From an uncultured Chloroflexia bacterium (GTDB lineage Bacteria > Chloroflexota > Chloroflexia > Thermomicrobiales > UBA6265), in contig CAVRUC010000011.1 in NCBI GenBank assembly GCA_963724295.1, positions 91,980-155,979 on the forward strand: 64,000 nt of DNA, read 5' to 3'. This document shows, piece after piece, positions 39,753 through 49,840 of the stretch. The translations under genes were made by a program, and so were the position numbers. Within the stretch, counting starts at the first letter, position 1. Each line of letters starts with the position of its first letter. Under the pieces are notes generated by a model. The model worked only from the letters and a program-made list of their open reading frames with translations. It ran no database searches and was not told the DNA's origin.

Positions 39753-40477
39753 ATGAGCACCTTCGTTCTGGTCCACGGCTCGATGCACGGTGGCTGGTGC
39801 TGGAAGCGGGTCGCCCCGCTCCTGCGCGCGGCTGGGCATGACGTCTACACGCCAACGCTGACCGGTCTGGCTGAGCGGGTGCACCTGGCCCACCCCGGCA
39901 TCGATCTCGACGCCCAGATCAGGGATGTGCTGGGGGTCCTGGAGTTCGAGGATCTCCACGACGTCGTGCTGGCCGGTCACAGCTACGGCGCCATGGTCAT
40001 CACCGGGGTCGCGGATCGGGCGCCGGAGCGGATCGGCCACCTCGTCTACCTCGATGGGGCGATGGCCCGCGACGGCCAGACCGTGCTCGATCTCTTCCCA
40101 CCGGAGTGGCGTGCTCCCGGCGAGCGCAGGTGGATGCCGAAGGCGACGGCTGGCAACTGCCGCCGCCAGCGGACCTCACAGGCTGGGGCATCAGTCACGA
40201 GGACGCGGGCTGGGTGCGCGCGAAGCTGGCGCCACAGCCATTCGCAACCTTCACCCAGCCGCTGCGGTTGACGCATGCTGCCGGCTTCGATGGACCGAAG
40301 ACCTTCATTGCCTGCCTCGAGGCTCCGCCGGCGCAGTGGCGCGAAGCCATGATCGATCGTGTCCGTGCTGAACATGACTGGCGGTACCGGGAGCTGACGA
40401 CCGGGCACGATGCCATGATCACGGCTCCCGGCGCACTGACGGGGCTCCTGTTGGAGATTGTCGAAACCACATCCTGA
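39753..40477 (+). CDS. Alpha/beta hydrolase (esterase-like), frameshift near 40114
   Basis: 'FVLVHG..HGGWCW', GHSYG, and 'GHDAMITAP' in the second frame. Confidence 0.8.
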
Positions 40478-40516
40478 ATCGGATCACGATACGCTGCAGA
40501 ATCAGCGGGGACGGGC

Positions 40517-40706
40517 CAAGTGGCCCTATCGTTTTGCTCGGGAACTGGACCTGTACACCGGACCACCGGGCCCGCACACTGTCACTACGCATCCGACGGC
40601 CGTGGTGCGAGAAGCGGACCACGGTCCACATGAAAGCGAGCGGTCGATGCTGACCCTGCACCCGAGTGGCACCCGGCCGCTCTACCGGCAAATCACCGAA
40701 ACCCTT
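40517..40706 (+). repeat. Copy 1 of a ~190-bp duplication (MocR upstream region + first ~20 codons)
   Basis: Closely matches 41296-41484, e.g. CTGGACCTGTACACCGGACCACC and CCACGGTCCACATGAAAGCGAGCGGTC. Confidence 0.9.
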
Positions 40707-40722
40707 GAGAGGAGGAATCAGT

Positions 40723-41100
40723 ATGCAAGCGCTGCGTCATGACGACTTGGCGGTGCGGGTCGAGGCGGAAGGGGTGGAACTCCGGACGAAACCGGCGGGC
40801 CAGCTGACAGTCGCCTGGGTTCGACTCTCGAAGGGGTTCGACCTCGCTCCCGGCCTCCAAGGTCTACCCGGCGACCTCTGCCCGTGTCCGCACTGGGGGT
40901 ACATGCTGAAGGGCCGCCTGCGGATGAAGACGGCCGAGGGGGATCAGGTCTTCGAAGCCGGCGACGCCTTCTACTGGGGGCCGGGGCATGCCCCCGAAGC
41001 GCTCGAGGATTGTGAGTACGTGGACTTCTCGCCGACCGCGGAGTTCGAGCCCGTGCTCGATCACCTCACGGGCCAAGGACGCTCAGGATCTAAGCCCTAG
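40723..41100 (+). CDS. Cupin-domain protein
   Basis: GGAGG RBS; 'GLPGDLCPCPHWGYMLKG...AGDAFYWGPGH'. Confidence 0.8.
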   Translation: MQALRHDDLAVRVEAEGVELRTKPAGQLTVAWVRLSKGFDLAPGLQGLPGDLCPCPHWGYMLKGRLRMKTAEGDQVFEAGDAFYWGPGHAPEALEDCEYVDFSPTAEFEPVLDHLTGQGRSGSKP

Positions 41101-41295
41101 CGGCACCCCAACCGACGATGGTGACTCTGCGCCACCTGGGCGTCTAGCATCCACCGCTGTTCTCAGGCGCTTCCGGAGGACGCGGCCATCGACGCTGATC
41201 GCTTCGACACCATTGCCCGCCGATCGATCGCCATGCGCTCGGTCTCGTCTTCGGGGCGTCCGCGGTTTAGGCCGGATCGTCGCGAGGCGCCTGTC

Positions 41296-41484
41296 AAGCG
41301 GCCTTATCGTTTTGATCGAGCACTGGACCTGTACACCGGACCACCAAGCCCGCACACTGTCGCTACACATCTCGAGGCCGTGGTCCGCTTTCCGCTCCAC
41401 GGTCCACATGAAAGCGAGCGGTCCATGCTGACCTTGCACCCCAGTGGCACCCGGCCGCTCTACGAGCAGATCACCGAAACCCTG
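41296..41484 (+). repeat. Copy 2 of the duplication (native MocR leader)
   Basis: Matches 40517-40706 and runs into the MocR ATG at 41425. Confidence 0.9.
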
Positions 41485-42963
41485 CAACGCGAGATCGCGG
41501 ACGGCACGCTCATCGCCGGTACACGACTTCCTTCGTCGCGACAGCTCGCCCGTGATCTGCGGGTCAGCCGCATCACGGTCGTCACCGCGTACGCCGAGCT
41601 CGAGGCCGCGGGAGCAATCGAGGCGCGCGGAGGATCCGGCACCTACGTGCTGCCGCCGTGGACACCACCCCGGCCAGGCGGCCGGAGTGGTGAAACCGCG
41701 GCCGCCCCCTCGGCGACCGGTCTGCCGCCCTGGCAGCGCGACCTCGTGCATCCGGTCAATGAGGAACGGGAGGCAACCCTCGGCGACGTGCTCCGCGGCC
41801 CGCTAACGCCCGATGCAATCGGTTTCGCCTGGGGCGCGGGTGATCCTCGACTCATTCCCATGACCGAGTTTCGCCGCGCTCTCGCCGAGGTCCTCGACCG
41901 CGATGGCCCCATGGCGCTTGGTCCGGAGGGTGGGGCAGGCTATCCGCCGCTACGACACTGGCTTGCGGGCTACCTGGGGCAGAACGGGCTTGACGTCACG
42001 CCTGACGACGTCCTCGTCACCGGCGGCACACAACAGACGATCTCGCTCGTCGCCGCGACGCTGTTGCAGCCGGGCGACCGCGTGATCACGGAAGTGCCGA
42101 CCTGGCCCGGCGCGCTGGAGGTCTTCGAGGCTGCCGGCGCACGCGTGATTGGCATTCCCCTCGATAGAGGAGGCATTCAGCACGACCGCCTGGTGGAGGC
42201 ACTGGAACACGAGCAGCCGCGACTGATCTATACGGTTCCCACCTTCCAGAACCCGACCGGGGCCGTGATGAGCGCACTCCGCCGCCGTGCGTTGTGCGCG
42301 CTCGCGGACCAGTACGGGGTGCCGATTCTCGAGGACGACCATGTGCGCGAGGTGCGCTTCGGCCAGCCGATCCCACCTCCGCTGGCGGCCTTCGATCGTC
42401 GTGGGAACGTCATTCATGCCGGGGGGTTCACCAAGTCGCTGATCCCGAGCCTGCGCATCGGCTACGTCGTGGCGCGGGGACCGCTGCGTGAGGCGCTGAT
42501 CGCCCGCAAGCGGACGGCGGACCTGTTCGGGTCGGCATTGATGCAGCGCGCCCTCACCACCTTTCTCGAGAGTGGCGCGGTGGCCCGCCACTGGCGCCGC
42601 GTCAGCCGCGTCTACCACCGGCGCCACGCCGTGATGCTGCGTGCCCTGGAGCGGCACTTTCCTCCCGGCTCGCAGTGGAGCGGCGTCTCGGGCGGCCTGG
42701 TGCTCTGGGTGCGTGTGCCGGAGGGGATCTCCGTAGCCAGCCTGCACGATGACGCGGTCGCGGCCGGAGTCGGGTTTGCGCGCGGAGCGGCCTTCTTCTC
42801 CGAACCCGCGGATCAACCCTATCTGCGGTTGAACTTCGCCGCGGTCGACGAAGCGGAGATCGAGCGCGGCATCGCCGTTCTCGGCCGCCTGGCCCAGGAA
42901 CACGTTCGACGCGGCGGGCTCGACCCGCCGACTGCAAGTAGCGGACGGCGCGCCGCTCGCTAG
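41425..42963 (+). CDS. MocR/GabR-family regulator (GntR HTH + PLP aminotransferase domain)
   Basis: 'PLYEQI...RLPSSRQLA..L.VSR.TV..AY.EL', 'PTFQNPTG', 'EDD', 'FTKSLIPSLRIG'. Confidence 0.92.
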   Translation: MLTLHPSGTRPLYEQITETLQREIADGTLIAGTRLPSSRQLARDLRVSRITVVTAYAELEAAGAIEARGGSGTYVLPPWTPPRPGGRSGETAAAPSATGLPPWQRDLVHPVNEEREATLGDVLRGPLTPDAIGFAWGAGDPRLIPMTEFRRALAEVLDRDGPMALGPEGGAGYPPLRHWLAGYLGQNGLDVTPDDVLVTGGTQQTISLVAATLLQPGDRVITEVPTWPGALEVFEAAGARVIGIPLDRGGIQHDRLVEALEHEQPRLIYTVPTFQNPTGAVMSALRRRALCALADQYGVPILEDDHVREVRFGQPIPPPLAAFDRRGNVIHAGGFTKSLIPSLRIGYVVARGPLREALIARKRTADLFGSALMQRALTTFLESGAVARHWRRVSRVYHRRHAVMLRALERHFPPGSQWSGVSGGLVLWVRVPEGISVASLHDDAVAAGVGFARGAAFFSEPADQPYLRLNFAAVDEAEIERGIAVLGRLAQEHVRRGGLDPPTASSGRRAAR

Positions 42964-43127
42964 CGCCTCGTTCCCACGTCCATCTCAATTCGCTGATCAG
43001 CAATCGCGGTGGAACCCACCGCGCAGGGGAAAGGCGTGCCCGCACGCCTGAAAGGAGGCCGTCTCGATGTGACTGCAGCGTGCCAGCCGCTAAAGACGAG
43101 CGTGTACCAATCATGAAAGGAATTCCG

Positions 43128-43688
43128 ATGCGACACCGATTGACACGAACCCGATTCCTCGCTCTCATCGCCCTCGTGGCCCTCGCCGGTCTCTTCGCTC
43201 CAGGCCTGGCCGCACAGGAAGCCACGCCGGGGCCGATCGCCGTAACTGAGCTCGCGCCCGGCTTCGCGGTTGAAGTCTTCGTCGGGGCTCCGTCCGATCG
43301 TGCCCCCGATCAGACGGTCTACCTGGCCCGCTTCATCCTCCAGCCCGGCGCCGAGATCTTTCCGCATAACCACCCTGGAACGACGATCCTCGGTGTCCAG
43401 TCCGGGTCCCTGGGCTGGACGCTCCTGGAAGGAACGGCTCACGTCATTCGGGGGGCGGCTGCTGGCGCCACTGGTCCTGCAGAAGACCTCACCGAGCCAG
43501 GTACAGATGTGATCCTGGAACCGGGTGATGCCATCTTCTACGAGGACGACGTGGTGCACACGGCCCGTGGCGCCGGCGATGAGGAGACGGTTGTCCTCGG
43601 TACGTTGGTGCTAACGAGCGGCGAGCCGCTACTGATGCCAGCTGAGGAGATGGCGGGGATGGCTACGGAGGCGACGCCGGCACCGTAG
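43128..43688 (+). CDS. Secreted cupin-fold protein
   Basis: Signal peptide + 'QEATP'; 'PHNHPG...' and 'VVHTAR'. Confidence 0.75.
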   Translation: MRHRLTRTRFLALIALVALAGLFAPGLAAQEATPGPIAVTELAPGFAVEVFVGAPSDRAPDQTVYLARFILQPGAEIFPHNHPGTTILGVQSGSLGWTLLEGTAHVIRGAAAGATGPAEDLTEPGTDVILEPGDAIFYEDDVVHTARGAGDEETVVLGTLVLTSGEPLLMPAEEMAGMATEATPAP

Positions 43689-43772
43689 CCGACGTTGACC
43701 GCTGCAATGGGCTGGTACGCGCCCTGGCCGTACCAGCCTCCACCACCGCACCCGATCGGAAAGGATGCCCAG

Positions 43773-44111
43773 ATGAACGCACATCGTTTTGATCAACTCG
43801 CGAAGACGTGCGTTGCGGTCGGTTCGCGCCGCTCGGTGATCGGCGGGCTCCTCGGGGGTGTGCTCGGTCTGAGTCGCATCAGTGCCGCCGGGGCGAACCA
43901 TAAGACCGGACATCACTGCACGCCGGCCGACAAGCACGCCTGTACCGCACCGCAGACGTGTCGCGAGGTGAACGGCGAGTGGACGTGCCAGGACACGTGC
44001 CGGGCTCCGAGTGAGCCCTGCACGACGGACGACGACTGCTGCCCGATTAACGGGCTCCGGTCCTGCATTCTCAATTTAGGCGTCTGCGACAACGACCCCG
44101 GCACAGACTAA
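43773..44111 (+). CDS. Small Cys-rich secreted protein (Tat-like leader)
   Basis: 'MNAHRFDQLAK...SRRSVIGGLLGG' followed by a Cys-rich mature part. Confidence 0.65.
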   Translation: MNAHRFDQLAKTCVAVGSRRSVIGGLLGGVLGLSRISAAGANHKTGHHCTPADKHACTAPQTCREVNGEWTCQDTCRAPSEPCTTDDDCCPINGLRSCILNLGVCDNDPGTD

Positions 44112-44328
44112 AGCCCCTGCCAATTGGGCCCACGGTGCTGTCGCCTCGGTGGGCCACGATCGATCACAGAGGCGTCTCATGTGTTGTTCGCCCCACTTCC
44201 AATGCACATCTACGAGCAGACCGCCGAGGGTCGAGCCGGTCTGCTCTGGCTGGTTCATCCGCTCTCCGGTCTTGACTGGGTCGATGGCTGGAGTCATGGA
44301 TCGTTGCGGCATCGGCGGGGAACGACAG

Positions 44329-44760
44329 CTAGTGCGCGGGAGCGGCGACCGGTGGGGTGCCCACGACCTGTTGGCCGAGCGGCATCATGGGCTGGTCGAA
44401 CGTCGAAACCACTTCGGCCGCGGCGAAAAAGCCGACGCAGCGCGCCGTCTCGTTTCCAATGTTGCGGATCCCGTGCGGCACCATCGCCGGAATCAGCGCC
44501 GCCTGCCCCGCCGACACCTGTCCCCGCTCTTCACCCAGGCTGGCCTCGACCGTTCCGGCCAGGATCAGCACGATCTCCTCGGCGCTGTCGGTGTGCGTCC
44601 CGAGGTAGTGCCCCGGGTCGATTTCGAAGTAGACGACCGACGAGCACTCATTGCCCGTAGCCGCGTAGAAAGGGAAATTCACCCGGATCCGCATCGCCGG
44701 ATCCTGCTCGTACCAGGCATCCAATAATTCGAGGTCGTTGAAATCACTCGTGTGCATCAT
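44329..44760 (-). CDS. Cupin-domain protein
   Basis: 'HTDSAEE...G...IPAMVPHGIRN'. Confidence 0.85.
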   Translation of the reverse strand: MMHTSDFNDLELLDAWYEQDPAMRIRVNFPFYAATGNECSSVVYFEIDPGHYLGTHTDSAEEIVLILAGTVEASLGEERGQVSAGQAALIPAMVPHGIRNIGNETARCVGFFAAAEVVSTFDQPMMPLGQQVVGTPPVAAPAH

Positions 44761-44797
44761 CGTCCTCCTCTTCGTGCTCGTGACGGGTTCCTGGTGG

Positions 44798-45259
44798 TTA
44801 CGCGCTCGGCGGTGAGACCATCTCGAGCTGGATGTTGTCCGGGTCGCGGAAGACGAGGACCGAGCCATAGGGCCGGTCATAAATGGGGTTCTGCGTCAGG
44901 GGGCGGTTCGCCGGTGAGGCGATCGCCACTCCCTGCTCCTCCAGATGGGCTTGCCACGTCTCCAGATCGGCGCGCGAGGGGACCCTCATGCCGACGTGAT
45001 CGAGCCCTGTCTGTGTCTCGACGAACGTCTCCCGTTCATTGCTGTCGTGGCGGTGCAGCACGAAGACAAGCTGCCAATCGTCATCGGCCAGCAGCTTGCC
45101 CGTGCCACCCGAGTGCGGTTCTTCCAGCCGGTAGGTGAGGCCGAAAATACGCTCGTACCAGGCGATACTTGCATCGAGATCGGTGACGGTGAGAGCGATA
45201 TGATGCAGGTTGGGACGGGCTGGACTTGGCATGGCATCCTCCATGTTGTTCGCGCTCAT
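44798..45259 (-). CDS. VOC/glyoxalase family protein
   Basis: 'HHIALTVTDL..S..WY', 'GLDHV', 'FRDPDNIQLE'. Confidence 0.88.
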   Translation of the reverse strand: MSANNMEDAMPSPARPNLHHIALTVTDLDASIAWYERIFGLTYRLEEPHSGGTGKLLADDDWQLVFVLHRHDSNERETFVETQTGLDHVGMRVPSRADLETWQAHLEEQGVAIASPANRPLTQNPIYDRPYGSVLVFRDPDNIQLEMVSPPSA

Positions 45260-46071
45260 TACGGACGATTCTTCTTGCCCCTGACGGTTGTCGACCGTTC
45301 ACCTCCTTCTTCGGGTACACCCGGACTGAGGCTGCGGCCAGTTCCTGGCGGGTCCCACTTCGCGCGGAAGAGCGCGATCGCGGCCGGAATCTGGCTGCCA
45401 AACCGGCCCGACCCGATCGGTAACGCAGGCTCATTCGCCATGTGGTGGGCAGTGAGGCCGTGGATCATCCCGATCAGCAGGTCGCGCGCTTGTGCAACCG
45501 ATGTGTCGAGCACGACCTCGCCTGCGGCGACGGCATCGTCGAGCAGCAGCTCGAGCCCGGCCGGCGCCCGGAAGGCCTCCTCCAGGCTCTCGACGGAGGG
45601 GGTGAAGCCCGGGACGGGGCGTTCAAAAGCGAGTTGGTAGAGTTCGGGGTTCTCCTGAGCGAACTGAAAATAGCTTTCGAAGCGGCCCTCGAGCCGGTTC
45701 CAGAATCCCTCGCGACCCACCTCGGCGCGATCGCGGTACTCGGCGCGGAGTCGGACCGCCATCAGAAAGAGCGCATCGTAGAGAGCCATCTTGCTGGGGA
45801 AATAGGCATAGAGCGACGGGGCTTGCATCCGGACCCGGCGCGCCACCTCGCGCAGGCTGAGCGCCGCCACTCCCTGTTCATGCATCACATCGCGAGCCGC
45901 CGCCAGGATCGCCTGTCTCACCTCTTCCCGGTTCCGCTGGCGGCGCTCCGCCGGCGACAGCAATGGCGAGGGCGAGGGGGCTCCGGGTGATGTCGCCTCC
46001 GTCCGGGTGTCTCTTGCGGTGCGTGGCACTGATCCGCGTGGATTGACGCCGCTGCCCACGGAGGACTCCAA
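45259..46071 (-). CDS. TetR/AcrR-family regulator
   Basis: HTH 'ILAAAR...G..ALSLREVARRV.MQAPSLY.YFPSK'. Confidence 0.88.
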   Translation of the reverse strand: MESSVGSGVNPRGSVPRTARDTRTEATSPGAPSPSPLLSPAERRQRNREEVRQAILAAARDVMHEQGVAALSLREVARRVRMQAPSLYAYFPSKMALYDALFLMAVRLRAEYRDRAEVGREGFWNRLEGRFESYFQFAQENPELYQLAFERPVPGFTPSVESLEEAFRAPAGLELLLDDAVAAGEVVLDTSVAQARDLLIGMIHGLTAHHMANEPALPIGSGRFGSQIPAAIALFRAKWDPPGTGRSLSPGVPEEGGERSTTVRGKKNRP

Positions 46072-46075
46072 CTGA

Positions 46076-46582
46076 CTAGGGCTCGCCGGTTAGCGCGGCG
46101 CAGAGTCCGCTCAGATCGCCGTCAAAGAACTGATGGGGGCCAGCCTCGAAGGTGATCTCGGTACCCGCCTGGTTCGTCACGAGGCGTCCGACATCGAGGA
46201 AGACTGCTCCCGCGCCAGGGACCGTGACCTTGAAGATCACGCCCACGTTCGCACCGAATCGCGTATCCGGATCGATGAGGACGTTGTTGTGAAATGGGGC
46301 AGCGATGGCTTTGCCGGTCTTGGAGTTGATGAACGTATCGGTCCCGCTTACCGTCTCCTCCATCTTGACCAGATTTCCGTCCTGGTCAAAGAACTGTCTC
46401 AGGGTGTAGTCCAAGACGTACTCGTCGAGAATAGAGAAGCCCTTGCACTTGGCGAACCTATCCGTGCCCTCCTCGTGGATGGGTCCGAGGATCACCGGCT
46501 CCACGGCGGAGACGACCGACGGGTTTGCGAATGCGATGAGCGACGCAAGAACGAGACTGCAGGCCAGAAGGCAGGTGCGCAT
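46076..46582 (-). CDS. Secreted hypothetical protein
   Basis: Signal peptide; beta-rich body; first gene after the promoter below. Confidence 0.7.
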   Translation of the reverse strand: MRTCLLACSLVLASLIAFANPSVVSAVEPVILGPIHEEGTDRFAKCKGFSILDEYVLDYTLRQFFDQDGNLVKMEETVSGTDTFINSKTGKAIAAPFHNNVLIDPDTRFGANVGVIFKVTVPGAGAVFLDVGRLVTNQAGTEITFEAGPHQFFDGDLSGLCAALTGEP

Positions 46583-46618
46583 GATGGGGCGTCCTTCCCG
46601 AAACGTCAGTAAATAAAA

Positions 46619-46671
46619 CTAACACTGTTAGATGACTCGCGCATAGTATGGAATGCGGAAGGCATTGTCAA
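46619..46671 (-). promoter_or_regulatory. Sigma70 promoter plus palindromic operator
   Basis: Minus strand TTGACA (46671-46666), 17-bp spacer, TACTAT (46648-46643); palindrome CTAACA-C-TGTTAG at 46619-46631. Confidence 0.75.
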
Positions 46672-46997
46672 GCTCGGCCCGCCTCTGTTCAGGAGACGTC
46701 GGGAGACCAGAGTGCCATGGCTCGGCAATGCCACCCGCCTGCTGAGTTGGTCAACGCACCTTCTCCTTCTTCTCAATCGCTGGTCTGGTCTCGTTCACTG
46801 GCAACAACATCCGAATCGCGGCCTGTCTGCGTTATCTGTACAGAGCGTGATGCGACGGCCCAACTTCCGTAATAGACTTGCCGCAATTGCTTCATCGGCG
46901 CGAGCGCATTGTCGAACCAGTGCTGCGAGGTGCATGGGTTGTTGTTTCAGTGTGTATGGCACATTGGGACGCAGTGAACTGAGGAGAGAGTTTGCCA

Positions 46998-48191
46998 ATG
47001 TCCCGCTCGAGCGCCTCAGCGTTCCGCAAGACAGGGATCGTCTCCCTGGTGCATCTCTTCGGCATCGTTGCTCTGCTCATCACGGCGACAGCCCCGGCGG
47101 CAGGCGCCTATCCGATCGATCCGAACTGGTCGCCGCCGACCACGGTCTACATTCCCGAGACCGGCCAGTCCATCGATGGACTCTTCCTCGATCTGTGGCG
47201 GACCGGTGGCGGCGCCATGTCGTACGGCAACCCGATCACCCCGGAGATCACCGAGGTGGAAGGGAAGATCGTCCAGTACTACCAGTACGCCCGCTTCGAG
47301 TACTGGCCGGAGGGAGACGAGGACGGCAACTACGTCACCCTCGGCGAGATCGGACGCGAGCTGGGATCGCCGCTGCTCGTACGCCGCGTCGCCACCCGGG
47401 GAACGAGGGTTCCGCTGCGGGAGCTGACCGTGGCGCGGGCATGGCAACCTCTCTCGGACGACGCTGCCGCGCTGATGGCGGTCGAGCAGCCGTCGTACCG
47501 GTTCGTCCCGGAGACGCGTCACGGTGTCTGGGGCGGGTTCCGCGCGTTCTGGGAGGCGACTGGTGAGGCGGCGTATCTGGGCAACCCGCTCAGCGAGGAG
47601 TACATCACGGCTGGCGTCAGCTACCAGACATTCGAGCGCGGGCAGCTGCGCTGGCGTGAAGGCGAGGACATCACCATGACGCAGGTCGGCGAGATGCTTG
47701 CCGACCGCTACGACATCTCCAAGACGCCTCAGCCCCAGGGCACGATTCCCGTCTACGACGAGGCGCTCTTCGTGCCGCCGGTGGCGATTCCCGACTGGGA
47801 TGCGGCGCCACCCGCGCCGGGCGGTGGCCGCGCGGTCGTCGTCTCGCTCAGCCAGCAGGCGCTGTGGGCCTATGAAGACGGGGTCGTGGTGCGCAGCACC
47901 TATGTCAGCACCGGCAAGGAGAAGTTCCGTACGCCGCCCGGGTTTTTCACTGTCAACACGAAGGTGCCCGAGCAGGACATGGCCGGCGTGATCGGCGGCG
48001 AGTCCTACAACGTGCCGAAGGTGCCGGACGTGCTCTATTTCACGAATCGCGGCCACGCCATCCACGGCACGTACTGGCACGAGAACTTCGGCGTGCCGAT
48101 GAGCCACGGCTGCATCAATGTGCCGATGGACGTCGCCGACTGGATGTACGAATGGGCGCCGCTAGGGATGGCGGTGCTGATCGTGGAGTGA
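46998..48191 (+). CDS. L,D-transpeptidase (YkuD) with PETG-type N-terminal repeats
   Basis: 'PETGQ...YGNPIT...QYARFE' repeats; catalytic 'AIHGTYWH..FG.PMSHGCIN'. Confidence 0.9.
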   Translation: MSRSSASAFRKTGIVSLVHLFGIVALLITATAPAAGAYPIDPNWSPPTTVYIPETGQSIDGLFLDLWRTGGGAMSYGNPITPEITEVEGKIVQYYQYARFEYWPEGDEDGNYVTLGEIGRELGSPLLVRRVATRGTRVPLRELTVARAWQPLSDDAAALMAVEQPSYRFVPETRHGVWGGFRAFWEATGEAAYLGNPLSEEYITAGVSYQTFERGQLRWREGEDITMTQVGEMLADRYDISKTPQPQGTIPVYDEALFVPPVAIPDWDAAPPAPGGGRAVVVSLSQQALWAYEDGVVVRSTYVSTGKEKFRTPPGFFTVNTKVPEQDMAGVIGGESYNVPKVPDVLYFTNRGHAIHGTYWHENFGVPMSHGCINVPMDVADWMYEWAPLGMAVLIVE

Positions 48192-48255
48192 GACAGGTGA
48201 TGGGCGATGGATGGCACGAAGAACCCGTTTCATACGTCCCCAGCACCGCGACGAG

Positions 48256-48840
48256 TCAGTCGACGTCCCGCTTAGGCACCAACAGGTTGAGGACATGGTC
48301 GGTGTCCCCGATGTGGAAGGCGACGTCGACGAGAGCGAACACCTCCAGCCACACGAGCGGCGTCGTCCAGCGCCGGAACATCTGGTGGAAGAACGGGCTC
48401 GGTCCCTCCGCCTCCGGAACGAGCGCGAGCCGGCTGTGAACATCGAACGGCGCATCGATGGCCGCGAAGTCGAAGGTGCGCAGGAACGCCTGGGTCGCCG
48501 CGGCGACCGCGGTGTAGTAGTTGCGCAACGCCTCGAGGTCGATTTGCTCGGTGAGCGCGATCATTTCCTCCCGACTCATGCCGCCCCCAAAGCCCGGGTA
48601 AGTGACGCCCATTCGGGTGCCCCAGTCTTCGCGAATCAGTAGTTGCTCACCACCTTGGAGGATGGTCTGGATCGCCCAGTCCTCACCGCGGGCGATGTGC
48701 CAGAGCAGCCAGGCGATGGAGTTGTGCCCGGGCAATACCGTCCGGTAGTGAGGAACCATCGCCTCATCGAGGGTCCAGGCCGCCTTGCCCGTGAAGTGGG
48801 TGGCGTTGTGGAGGTAGAGGAAGAACTCCCGAATGTCCAT
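48256..48840 (-). CDS. DinB-family protein
   Basis: 'NSIAWLLWHIARGED' and a C-terminal 'HIG'. Confidence 0.75.
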   Translation of the reverse strand: MDIREFFLYLHNATHFTGKAAWTLDEAMVPHYRTVLPGHNSIAWLLWHIARGEDWAIQTILQGGEQLLIREDWGTRMGVTYPGFGGGMSREEMIALTEQIDLEALRNYYTAVAAATQAFLRTFDFAAIDAPFDVHSRLALVPEAEGPSPFFHQMFRRWTTPLVWLEVFALVDVAFHIGDTDHVLNLLVPKRDVD

Positions 48841-48870
48841 ACCCTTCCTCCCTTCCGCGACGATGCGTGC

Positions 48871-49743
48871 CTAGGAGCCGGTGCGCAACTCCTTCGTCAG
48901 GAACTGCGCCACGACATCGAGAAAGCCGCCGGGGTTGTCCAGCGGCACCCAGTGGCCCGCCTGAGGGATGGTGACCGTGCGCGCCCGGGAATTGTGCCTG
49001 GCCATCCGGTGCATTGGCTCCACAAGCCACGACTCCGCCCCGGCCAGCAGCAGCATCGGACACGTCACTCGTGCAAACCGCGCATCCACCAGGGACTGCA
49101 CGGCCTTGAGGCGCTCCGGCGGGCCGGGCACACGAAAGGCCGGGTCATAGCGCCAGTGCCAGCGGCTATCGCCCCCGGGCGCCAGCCCGCCGTCCATCCA
49201 CAGGCGCAACTCCTCGTCCGCGGCAAAGGGTGCCAGGGGGCGGAACGCCGCCACTGCCTCCTCCAGACTGGCGAACGACTCTGGCAGTGCCAGGAGGCGA
49301 CCCATCTGGTCGTGCATGAGACGGATCCAGGAGGCGTGTCCCTGCTCGTCCGGGTCGGCGAAGCCCTCGAGGAGCACTAGCCGCCCCACGCGGTCGGGGT
49401 AGAGCGCGGCGTAGCTGACGGCGACATTGACACTTAGGGAGAAGCCGACGGCAGAGAACGTCCCCAACCCAAGAGCGTCGACAAAGCCAGCCAGATCGCT
49501 GACCAGCCGCAGCTCGTGGTAGTCGGCGGCATGCTCGGACTCACCGAAGCCGCGGTGGTCGAGCGCGAGGACCCGGAAGCGATCGGCCAGACCACGAGCG
49601 ACGGTGTCCCAGGTGCGGGCATGTTGCAGATAGGCGTGCAGCAACACCACGGGTGGCGCTGATCGGTCACCCCAGTCGCGGTAGTGGAAGCGCAGCCCAT
49701 CGAGCGTGACCGTTTCATCGCGCACCAGTGGCTTGGTGTCCAT
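48871..49743 (-). CDS. Alpha/beta fold hydrolase
   Basis: 'VVLLH', 'ALDHRGFGES', 'GFSLS', 'AGHWVPLDNP'. Confidence 0.85.
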   Translation of the reverse strand: MDTKPLVRDETVTLDGLRFHYRDWGDRSAPPVVLLHAYLQHARTWDTVARGLADRFRVLALDHRGFGESEHAADYHELRLVSDLAGFVDALGLGTFSAVGFSLSVNVAVSYAALYPDRVGRLVLLEGFADPDEQGHASWIRLMHDQMGRLLALPESFASLEEAVAAFRPLAPFAADEELRLWMDGGLAPGGDSRWHWRYDPAFRVPGPPERLKAVQSLVDARFARVTCPMLLLAGAESWLVEPMHRMARHNSRARTVTIPQAGHWVPLDNPGGFLDVVAQFLTKELRTGS

Positions 49744-49840
49744 GCTCGCCTCCGTGAGAAGACGATCCTCAGTGGTTCTCCCGTCCCTGTCAAGGACGCT
49801 GTCGTTGGCCGACGACTCGTCTTCACGCATCGATTTCCTG

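Noticed and set aside
37920..48191. Stand-alone CE4 deacetylase and YkuD transpeptidase as sources of, or immunity to, the eCIS cargoes
   Set aside because: They share only family-level motifs with the cargo domains, lie outside the operon, and are common housekeeping families.
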